Part shown: one piece after another, positions 37,744 to 48,741 of the stretch
Layout: the number at the start of each line of letters is the position of its first letter
How positions within the stretch are numbered: the stretch's first letter is position 1
Origin: Eledone cirrhosa
Lineage: Eukaryota
Direction of reading: 5' to 3'
Assembly (NCBI GenBank): GCA_964016885.1
Contig: OZ024741.1
Span: 207,390,001 to 207,454,000 of the forward strand
DNA: 64,000 bases
Notes under the pieces: model-generated
Databases searched by the model: none
Told to the model about the DNA's origin: nothing
What the model saw: the letters and a program-made list of their open reading frames with translations, nothing else
Made by a program: the position numbers and the translations under genes

Positions 37744-38247
37744 TCTACTTATAATATATAATGGGCATTTCTCCATTTGTTTGTCTGTCTGTCTGTCTGT
37801 AAAATATGCCAAGGAAACAAATAGACGCACTTTCAAATCTCTATGCTTTTCAAATTCATTACATTAATCTTTATTTATACGTTTCGCTTTACGAGTGTTT
37901 CGACTTACGAGTGTTTCGGCTTATCATTATATATAAACGTTTCTATTTCCATCGTTTTATCGTAAACGTTTATATATTTCCATCGTTATATCATAATGTT
38001 TATGTATCATAACGTTTATATTTCCGTCGCTAATCTCTTTTTCTCCTTTTTCGTTTTAACATATATTTATTTCAAAGATTTCACCGTATAGATAACATAT
38101 ATATTTATACATGCATAAACATAAAAGACATACCAAGAGACGGTGAACATGTGGTGCCGAAAACATTTCTCATCCAAATCTCAACAATATCAGTATATAC
38201 ACTAGATTTGCTAGCAGAAAACCGCCCACCGGGTGGTTTTCTGCTAG
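37744..38247 (+). mobile_element. Non-autonomous Helitron-like unit
   Basis: 5' TCTACTTATAATATATAA followed by (GTCT)n; 3' hairpin ending in CTAG|T. The next unit starts TCTATATATATAAAA at 38248, and another hairpin+CTAG|T end is at 40412-40433. Confidence 0.6.
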
Positions 38248-38827
38248 TCTATATATATAAAACTGAGGTTGTCTGTCTACTAAAACCTTCGGCACACATC
38301 TCCTCTTAAACCGTACGTTAAAATTTTGGTGAAATTACTACACTTATAGATGAAGGTCTGGCGGAGTCATCGGTAAAAAAAATGTTCAAATCGACCCACG
38401 CCAAGTGTAAAAATCGAATTTGTAATGTATTGATTTTTCAGTTCAAATGTATAAATAGAGATGAGAGACGAGTTATTTCCCTTTTATGGCGTCATTCTGT
38501 CTATCTATTTACGTTACGAAGAAACTACACGTACAAAAATACGCAAGCAGTTTTCGGGCCAGCAAAATTTTAACCTGCAAAATTCATGAGTTCGAAGTTT
38601 CAACAGTAAGCTTCCATTTTGCTTCATTTCCATTAAAAAATCTTTTAAAACAATATTTCAGCGCATCAGCCTCACCATCACCCGAGGCAACGCTGCGAGT
38701 GTGCTGGCTTGCCTCAAAAATCATTAGAGAGGTTGCCCAGTACTCGTGACGTTGCTGTCTCTTGCTCTGGTGTTGGCTCCATTGTTCATCCCTTCTTTTA
38801 CATTTTCTTTAATATTGTAGCATTGAA

Positions 38828-39170
38828 GGAGGCATATGGCTTAGTGGTTAGAGCATTGGTCCTGCAATCGAAAGGTTGTGAGTTCAATTCTCAGACTGGG
38901 TGATGTGTTGTTTCCTTGAGCAAGACACTTTATTTCACATTGCTCCAGTTTACTCAGCTGTAGAAATGAGATGATAGGGACTGAGGTCCATATCATTCCA
39001 CTGCAAAGTGGTCGTGGAGGTGCCACGGCAAAAAAGCACCCAGCACTCACTGTAAATGAGGTTGGTGTTAGGAAGGGCATCCAGCTGTAGAAATCAAGCC
39101 AGAATCAGTTCCTGTCCCACCCTTGCAAGCAGGGAAAAGCGGACGTAAAACGAAATGAATGAATGAAATG
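38828..39170 (+). mobile_element. tRNA-derived CORE-type SINE family B with RTE-derived 3' tail
   Basis: ggcttagtggttagagc (A box), gagttcaattc (B box), ccttgagcaagacacttt (CORE-like), then gtggtcgtggaggtgccacggcaaaaaagcaccc..gaagggcatccagctgtagaaatcaagcc as in the RTE family 1 3'UTR. Confidence 0.85.
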
Positions 39171-40564
39171 AAGGAATATATCTTTCATTGTATCATCCTT
39201 TGTAGTGTTACCGAGGCATTTGTAATGTTATTTATGTATATATTTAAAACAGTGTAGTTGTAGTGCCCATATTTGTTATGTTATTCTACTGTAAATTTAT
39301 TTATATGCTCTGTTTATATTTTCATTCTCAAAAATCTATGTAACTACATACATGTTGCAACTCTCTCTAAGAGAGAGAGAGGGGGTATGGGTGAGAGAGA
39401 GAGAGAGGGTATGAAAAAAAAGGGAGAGGGGGTTGAGAAAGAAAGAAAGTTTAAGCAAAGAATCGCTGCTGTCAACATTAACGGGATCTTCTTAAACTAA
39501 AAATTCAATCTGAACGCAGAATTAAATATTTCGAGAAACGTTGCAACCGAAAGAAAACAGAAAGACGATATTTTGGTTCGTGAAGACGTTCCCTGGCAAT
39601 GAACGGAAAAAAGCGAGGATAATACGTCTTTATGTGGACTGAGAAGAACAATTTCATGCAAAGACGAGATCAAGTTTATGGTGTAAATGGAGTCGTTAGA
39701 CTAATATTCTATTTAAAATAACCGAATGATTTCCAGCCCCGGAGTTTAAGAATGATGTAAATAAAATTGTAAACGAAAATGACAGAAGTTATTAAAACAA
39801 TTGTTTCTACTTTTGGCACAAGGCCAGCAATTACCCATTACATTACTGGTACTTTATTTTATCGATCCCGTAATGATAAAAGGCAAAGTTAACCTCAACT
39901 GGATTTTAACTTTTGCCTTAAAATAGTAAAAGTAAATAGTGAAGATTTAGGTCAGTACATACATATGCGCCGACGGACATACACATACATATACATACGC
40001 ACACACAAATACATACACACACACGCGCGCATTTCTACAGTATTTTTACCAAACTTAAGACATAGGTTACTTATGTACTCCGGATGGTCATGGACACTTT
40101 CATTTTTCCAGATATTGATTATAGGGCCTCCCGGCAGATAACCCCCTTTAACCACTTCCTTGGAGTCGACTGAAGCACTGCAGTGCAATGCAACAAAACG
40201 TCATAACTTCTGGAGTTCGCAACTGATTTTCACAAAACTTGACACATGGGCTACGTTTGTTCTACAGATGAATGTGAACTCTCAGAATTGGCACATATTG
40301 AGTAGGGGACCCCTGGGGGCAAGAACCTCCTTTTGGAAAAAGCTGGTGATTTTGTAAAAGTATAGTTTTCCAAGCAGCACTGAAGTATTGACATAAATGG
40401 TATACATAACTGGTATTTAATACCCGAGCTAGTCAAATATAAAAGAGGTTATTTATTCAATAATTAATGTTAATAATTTTAGTTTGGGTAGGTACTTTAT
40501 ACCTTGTCAACACAGGTTGTCACATTCTGAGGCCAGACAGGTCAGGTGACCACATCCTGGTATG

Positions 40565-41660
40565 TACAGGGTGTAACAGGTAAATTGGGACCATTTAAAT
40601 ATCTTTATTATAATTGGTATAACTCGGAAAAACCCAACACTACAAATTTTATGTTTATACCAATTTATTGTAGAGTGTTTAGCACTTATTTCAGTTCAAT
40701 ATGACCTCCATTTGCTTTTTTACATCAGTGATTTGTTTTCATTGTCTTTACAAAGAAGTATTTGGTACCACGTTGATGAGGTGAGCTTTTTGATATTTGT
40801 TTTGATAATTCAGCAAGATAATTAGTTAACTGAGGTTCAAATGCAAAGTTGGATTGTTGGATCAGTGTTGGTTTTGTTGGCGAATGGTTAACATGGTCGT
40901 TTTTCATCAAGTTCCATCCATGGTTATAAAGCTACAAAATGATTTTGTTCTCTTTTGCTTTTCATAGCTTGAATTGGTTCCAGAAAAGAGGCTGTTAAAA
41001 TAAAACTGATTGATTGATTTTGCTTTTCATCTTTCGCAGTGAATAAAAAAAATGGAAACCAGAAAGGCCATTTGGCTTCTTGAGAAAAAGCCCCTCCAAA
41101 CAACAAGTGTTCGTGTTTTTCTTTACTATCATGTTAACTTGGAGAAACAATTTCAGTTGCTGTAAAAGACACTAGCCAGATGATCCAGGAAGTTTTGGGA
41201 AAAGCAAATATCCCTTCCAAAACAGAAAATAAATCTGCACTCCAATCACAAAGTTGTATAAGGAGTATGAAGGACAGAAAAAAGAAAAATCAAGGTTGAC
41301 TGACAAAGCAATTGCAAAGTGTGAAATTTGGACCTCGAGGAAATTTTTGACATTGCAAGCCAGGACATTTTTGGATGAAAGGATATCCCTTCTGACGACA
41401 AATCTTTCCTTGAGATAGCGAGAAGATCGGATGTCTTCATTCATGGCTTGTGTTAATACAGAGCATGTGAGAGACATTCAGAAGAAAGAAAAGAAGATTC
41501 ACAATATGAAAGTAAGAAAGAGAAAGCAGGATGAAGAACTCCAGAAGATCTCTGAAAAAGTAGCTCTTGAAAGTTCATCATATTTGGCATACTTCATTAT
41601 TTCTTGAACATGGGCATAATGAACATGAGATAGTTGGCGAATAGTTTGCAAAATAGAAAA
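40565..41660 (-). mobile_element. Possible Tc1/mariner-superfamily relic
   Basis: TA-CAGGGTG terminus at 40565. The minus-strand reading ends CKKANGGHIELK*, resembling GGHxE transposase C-termini. The other end is not found. Confidence 0.4.
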
Positions 41661-41699
41661 CCTCAATATATATATATACATATATATATTTATATAATG

Positions 41700-44366
41700 A
41701 AAAATTGAACAGGGACAGAACAGAGAGGCAGTACGACAAATGTTTATTAAATTCACGCTCAGGAGAGTGGAGGGGTAGGTGGGGGACGACGTTTCGGGCA
41801 TAAGCCCTTCTTCAGGTGAGAGTTCAAAAGGTGTGTAGGGGAGTGGTGGAGAGACATATAGCGAAAGGAAACAGTGCGAATGAAAAATTAACAAATAAAG
41901 ACAAAAATATAATAAATAATAAATAAAAATAAAGCATGATCAAAATACAAGGAATGAGAAAATTTAAAAATAAAGGCATGATCAAAATAAACTGAAATTA
42001 AAAGGGGGGTAAACAGGTGGTGGAAGGGTGTGGGGTGAGTAGAGGTGGTGGCAGGTGGAGTGGGGAGAGGGAGACGGGGTGTCCGAGCGGGGAGGGCTGA
42101 AGGTGGTGTGTGTGGTTAGGTGTGCGTGTGTGTGTGTATGTGAAAGTGAGGGTTGGGGGAAGAACGGGGTTGCATGTTCAGGAAGGTGTGTGTGGGGGGT
42201 GTTTTTGTGGGTCGGAGGGTCTGTGCGTGTGTGGATAGGGGGGTGGGGGGAGAGGAATCAGGGTGCTGAGGGTGTAAATATGTGGTGGGAAGCACGTGTG
42301 TGTGGTTTAAGCGTGTTGTGGGTGTGGGTGGCGTGTGGATAAAAAAATTTGTTTTGGGGTGTGTGTGTGTGGGTGAGTTATGTAGGTGGTGGTGTAAGAG
42401 GGTGGTTGAAAAGTGGTAAGTTACACGGATGTATGGAGATTTTGGTGAGAAGTCAAAACGCGTGTGGCTAATCCAAGAAGCGGTGGTCGGAAGAGGAGAG
42501 ATGTGGGGTGCGCGCGCAACAGGAAGTGGTCAGCAGTGGAAGTGCTGTGGTCAGTTGGTGCTGAGACAGTGGTCGGAAGGGCATAGCAGCAGTCGGCGGA
42601 ATGGTAGGGAGGCGAGGATGGGTAGGTGTGAGAGTTGGAGTGAGGAGGGTGTGTGTGTGTGTGTATTAGTGGGGTGTTAGTGGGATGAGTGAGTGTGGAG
42701 CGGGGAGAGAAGAGTGTGTGTGGTTCTATGGAGGGAGTGTGGTGTACTGGTGTGTGTGTAGTTTGGTGAAGAGGTGTTAGTGGATGTTAATATACGGGAG
42801 GTGGGGAGGGGTGGAATGCAGGTGTTAGTGGGGGTAGGGTGTGTAGAGTTGGTGGTGTACGAGGGTGTGTGGGTACGTGTGCGTGGGGTTGGAGGGTGTT
42901 AGTTGCGTGGGGGTGGGTGGTGTAAGTGGGTGCGTGTGATAAGGAGGGGGAGGAGAAGAGGGGAGGGAAGGGATGTTAGTATGTTAGTTGGGGAAGGGTG
43001 AAGTGGAGGTGTTAGTATTGTTAGTGTGGGGTGGGCGGTGAAAAGGAGGGGTGTGTTAGTGGGGGATAAGTGTGGGGGGAGGGGGGCGGTCGAACGCTAA
43101 AGGAATAAGGGTGGGGAGTTCAGGCCGGGGGGAGTGTGGGTCTGTAAGATGAAGATAGTACGTTGTTCGACCGTGAGGCGATGGGCGGGTGTTCCGTGGC
43201 ACTGGAGTAGGCCACAGACTGTGAGATGGCGTGCGGAGTGTCCAGGGCCACCAAAGTGGCAGGCAATGGGGGAACTGCCCCCGAGACGAATGTCCCGGAG
43301 GTGCTCCGTCACTCGGTCCGCCAGGCGGCGTCCCATCTGTCCGACATAAGTCGCGCTGCACCTAGTGCAACGAAGTCCGTAGACTAGGTTGGAGGAGGTG
43401 CAGCGGAAGGCATGCCGGACCGAGAGAGGGTGGCCGTTGGGACCCTGGAAGGTGGTGGTGTTGGTGATGTGGGGACAGGTGTTGCAGCGGGGCCTAGAAC
43501 AGGGGAAGGAACCGGGGGGGGGGAACGGAGCGTGGGTTGGGGGGTAGGGAGCTGTGGACGAGGAGGGTGCGGAGATTGCGTGCGCGTTTGAAGGAGGGGA
43601 GTGGTGGGGTTGGGAAGATGTGGGAGGTGGAGGGGTCGGAAGAGGCGGCGGATGGTGGGGTGGTAGGTGATGGGGAAGGGGAGACGGTGGGTGGGGTAAG
43701 GGTGGTGGAGCGGGGGATAGCACGGGCGCGGGTGAGAGCGGTGTGGACGAGAGAGGGGGGGTAACCTCTGCGGATGAAATGGCTGACTAGAGAAAGGGCC
43801 TGGGACTCGAAGTCAGCATCTCGGCTACAGAGGCGGCGGATCCTGAGAAGTTGGGAGTAGGGAATGGAGAGTTTAGTGTGGGTGGGGTGGGAAGAGGTGA
43901 AGTCGAGGTAAGAGTGGGAGTCGGTGGGTTTGAAGAAGGCAGAGGTAACGTGGGAGTGGTGGGAGGGGTCGAAGGCGACGGAGATGTCCAAGAAGTGGAC
44001 GTGTGTGGTGGAGATAGAGGTGGTGAAGTGGAGGGAGGGGTGGAAGGAGCAGAAGAAGGAGAGAAAGGAGTCGAGCTGTACTCGGGTGAGGGTCGTGGCT
44101 CCGATACAGTCGTCAATGTAACGACCGTACAGTTCGGGCGTGGGGCCGGTGTACTGGGCAAAGATTTGGGCCTCAACATGGCCAACAAAAAGGTTGGCAT
44201 AGTTCGGGCCCATTCTTGTGCCCATGGCTACCCCCGTGACCTGTTGGTAAAACTCACCCGAGAAGGAGAAACAATTTAGGGTGAGGACCAGCTCGGCGAG
44301 GCGAAGGAGGGTGGGGGTGGAGGGAATGTGGGAGGGGCGAAGGTCGAGGTAGTGTTTGAGGGCGCG

Positions 44367-44367
<1 letters not shown>
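41700..44367 (-). mobile_element. 5'-truncated GC-rich Penelope-like element (Neptune-type)
   Basis: ORFs 43494-44429 and 43097-43723: QVTGVAMGTRMGPNYANLFVG, YGRYIDDC, FLDI, KPTDSHSYL..SSHP, SIPYSQLLRIRRLCS, CSRPRCNTC, LVYGLRCTRC..YVGQ..RVTEH, PPGLN. C-rich 3'UTR with a hammerhead. (TA)n on both sides. Confidence 0.93.
41786..41817 (-). ncRNA. Minimal hammerhead ribozyme motif
   Basis: Minus strand AC-CUGAAGA-A-GGGC(UUAU)GCCC-GAA-ACGU-C-GU: palindromic ACGU stem III, GUC triplet. Confidence 0.75.
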
Positions 44368-44397
<30 letters not shown>

Positions 44398-44755
44398 GGA
44401 ATAGAATGAAACGAAATTTCATTTCTCACTCTTAGTACGGCCCTTACTTAAATGTAAGTATGTATGTATACGTACATACATATATGTATACAGACATACA
44501 GTAGCATGTATATATACATACAGGCACACATATATATATGCATGTATCAGTTTACCGAACATTTATTATAATGTTCGCTTTGTTCGTTTGTAAACAAACG
44601 GACAGCCTGATTTACGCCGTACAGTGTTCAGGCAACCACGTCACCTTTTTGTTCAACACTGACACAGGAACGATGTACTAGTTTCAAGCTTGTTAGCTAT
44701 CGTCAGCACCGTATACCTTTCTGCCAGATGGTTGAACGTTCGAAAGTATATACTT

Positions 44756-46959
44756 AAGGATAGATTTTACGAGTCCCTAATGCACACTACTGCTCTAACA
44801 AACCACAATGACTTCCTAATCATCACAGGAGATTTTAACGGACACGTAGGTAAACACTGTGAAGGCTTCAATAGAGTCCATGGAGGCCACGGGGTTGGCA
44901 CAAGAAATGAGGAAGGATTCAGACTTCTAGAATTCTCCGACGCCAATGACATGTCGATGTGTAACACAAACTTCAAAAAACCCGACAACCACCTGATCAC
45001 CTATAGATCAGGGGAGCATTCTAGTCAGATAGATTTTATCCTCATCAGAGGACGTGACAAATGGACAGTCGTAAACACAAAAGCCTACCCTAGTGAGGAA
45101 TGTACCTCCCAACATAGCTTAGTTGTCAGCGACCTCAAGGTCAGAACTAGACGAACCTGGAAACAGGCCAACCTGGAGAAGAAAGATCTGGAAGCTGAAA
45201 GACCCCTCAGCCAGTAACAGATTTAAAGATATTTTACTCAACGCCTACGACAGTAAAGAAGAACAGATAGAGACATTCAATGTAGAAGAGCACTGGGAGT
45301 TCCTAAAAAATAACTTACTAGAGGCGACGGATGAGGTCTGTGGCTGGAGTAAGACCACAAGCAGGCGGAGAGTGACTTGGTGGTGGAACAATAAGGTAGA
45401 TGAGGCAGTTAAGACCAAGAGACAGGCATGGAAAGAATGAAAGAATGGGGGGAGCAGGGTACATTACATAGAGACCAAGAGGGAAGCTAGGCGACAAGTA
45501 TACTTAGCTAGGAGGGAAGCAGAGGATAGAAAATTCAAGCATGTTTTGCAACGTGAGGACCAGAAACAAGAGGTGTTCAAGATTGCGAGGCAGTGTGTCA
45601 GAGAGAATTGTGATGTCATTGGAGAGAAGTGTATCCGGAATGATAAAGGTGAGCTTGCCCTCACAAGTGCTGAGAAGAAAGATGCGTGGAAGAGCCATTA
45701 TGATAGATTACTAAATGAGGAGAATGCATGGGAAGAAGAGACCCTACCCCAAGTAGACCCTATAGAGGGGCCAGCAGTACAAGTTAGCAGCAGCGTAGAA
45801 CTAGAGAAGAAATTCCAAACTTGGAAGCAGGGACTAGAAAGAAAGGGTCTCAAAGTCAACATGACAAAGACTAAGGTCCTTGTAAGTAGACAAGAAAACA
45901 GAACCCAGATCCCCTCAGGGAAATGGCCTTGCTCAGTATGTAGGAAAGGTGTAGGTAGGAACTCCATTCTCTGCCCCAAATGCAAACAATGGGTACACAA
46001 GAGATGTAGCGGGATCTCAGGAAGCTTAATTAAGAATGTAGACTTCACATGCAGCAGCAAACAGCCACAGGAAACAAGTACCACCAATCTCTGGGTGGGC
46101 TCTGTAGAAACAGTAGACAGCTTCTGCTACCTAGGTGACCGAATTAGCAGCGGAGGTGGCTGTTCAGAAAGTACAATAACGAGGGTAAGAACGGGATGGA
46201 AGAAGTTCAGGGAAGGAACTACTGCCACTGCTAGCTGCAAAAGGCTTCTCCCTCAAAATGAAAGGGAGACTGTATGATGTGCGGTATCCGAACACCAATG
46301 TTACATGGTAGTGAGACCGGGGCGCTGAAGGTGGAAGACTTACGTAGATTAGAAAGAAACGAAGCCTGCATGCTCCGATGGATGTGTAATAGTAATATAC
46401 GCGAATGACAAAGCATAAATGAATTGAGAGAGCGACTGAGCATAAGAGGAATCAAATGCTGTGTGCAGGAGAGGCAGTTGCGTTGGTATGGACATGTGAT
46501 GCGTATGAAGGATGACAGCTGCATAAAAAGGTGCAGAGCACTAGAAGTCAATGGAAGCTGCGGAGTGGGGAGACCTAAGAAGACCTGGGATGAGGTGATA
46601 AAAGCCAACCTTACCCAATTACACCTCTCAAAGGCGATGACACACGACCGTGACCTCTGGCGTCACGCAGTAATACAGAGTACCCGACCTCCCATGGGTA
46701 CAAGCTGAAGCATATAGACAATATGACCCCACACCCTCCTACTGCAAGGTGGTCGTGGAGATACCACGGCAAAAAAGCACCCAACCCACACTGTAAATGA
46801 GGTTGGTGTTAGGAAGGGCATCCAGCTGTAGAAATCAGGCCAAAATCAGTTCCTGTATGAGCAAGGCATGGTCAGCCGACCAGACACTGCCCACAACAGG
46901 ACAACCCGTCTAACCCATGCTAGCATGGAAGAACGGACGTAAAACAGTGATGATGATGA

Positions 46960-46960
<1 letters not shown>
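44756..46960 (+). mobile_element. RTE LINE family 1 copy with APE C-terminus; RT core deleted
   Basis: GDFNGHVG..NTNFKK..SQIDFIL..QHSLVV. A junction QVSSS|VELEKKFQ near 45795 removes about 760 nt that is present in the 34207 copy. (GAT)n tail. Confidence 0.92.
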
Positions 46961-47172
<212 letters not shown>

Positions 47173-47797
47173 ACATATATGTCACATACATAATGTCAGG
47201 TCACCAGTTGGTGCTACTGGTAACATGTATCCCAGTACAACCTGCCTCATGGTCGGGTCGTTGGCGACTAAACTGGCAACCCCACCAAGGTATCTTGGTG
47301 AGGAGGGTGACTTTGGACATCCTGCAGGACTAAAAACAAAACCTGTCAAAGAAGCTCTTAAGAGTCAATGGCCATCCAAAATCACCGGGAGAGATGACCC
47401 CTTAGCCTTTGTCAAGGCAGAATTCTAGGAGAAGGAAAACTCTGATATAACACCTGCAACCCTGATGGTATCCAATGATGTTGATTTGTTCTTCTTTTTG
47501 GTAAATATCATCTTGGTTAAGAGAGTGGGACTGGCTTTGTGCAGTGCCTTTGCTCACTATAAAAGCTTCACGGCACAGGCATTGCTTTATATCTGGAGAT
47601 CTCTCTGCACTTGTCATCACATGGTACCATGGGCCCAGCACTATGTGTCAATAATTGTCACAAGTGTAGTGTTTGTACCAGAGTTTTCAAGTCGCTGGCT
47701 GGACTAAAAAGTCACGCTCGTTCAGCGCATCGGTAGGGGTTCTCCTATATGGATATAAAGTAGTGGCCGTACTCGAAAACGAGTTGGCAGCCACCAT
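47173..47797 (+). mobile_element. Short internally deleted RTE-like element (structured 5' end joined to a C2H2-finger 3' end)
   Basis: 3' part encodes [25 protein letters not shown]. 47483-47797 is duplicated at 48303-48619. Confidence 0.55.
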
Positions 47798-48302
47798 GTA
47801 TATATGTATGTATATGTGTATGTATGTATGTATGTATGTATATGTATATGTGTGTAGGTGTATATATGTATATGTGTGTATATGTATATATGTATGTATA
47901 TGTGTATGTATATGTATGTATGTATATGTATATGTATGTATATGTATGTATGTATATGTATGTATGTGTATGTATGTATGTATATGTATATATGTGTATG
48001 TATATGTATATGTGTGTATGTATGTATGTATGTATGTATATGTGTGTGTATGTATGTATGTATATGTATATATATGTGTATGTATGTATGTATGTATATG
48101 TGTGTGTGTGTATGTATGTATGTATATATATGTGTGTATGTGTATATATGTATGTATGTATGTGTATGTATGTATGTATGTATGTGTATGTATGTATGTA
48201 TATGTATATATGTATGTATATATATATGTGTATGTATATGTATATATGTATGTATGTATATGTGTATGTATGTATGTATGTATATGTATATATGTATGTA
48301 TA
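47797..48302. repeat. (TATG)n/(TA)n/(TG)n compound microsatellite between two 315-bp direct repeats
   Basis: Direct reading. Confidence 0.95.
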
Positions 48303-48689
48303 TTGACTTGTTCTTCTTTTTGGTAAATATCATCTTGGTTAAGAGAGTGGGACTGGCTTTGTGCAGTGCCTTTGCTCACTATAAAAGCTTCATGGCACAG
48401 GCATTGCTTTATATCTGGAGATCTCTCTACACTTGTCATCACATGGTACCATGGGCCCAGCACTATGTGTCAATAATTGTCACAAGTGTAGTGTTTGTAC
48501 CAGAGTTTTCAAGTCGCTGGCTGGACTAAAAAGTCACACTCGTTCAGCCCATCAGTAGGGGTTCTCCTACATGGATATAAAGTAGTGGCCGTACTCGAAA
48601 ACGAGTTGGCAGCCACCATATACATATATATATACATATATATATACATATATATATACATATATATACATATATATACATATATATAC

Positions 48690-48740
<51 letters not shown>

Positions 48741-48741
48741 C

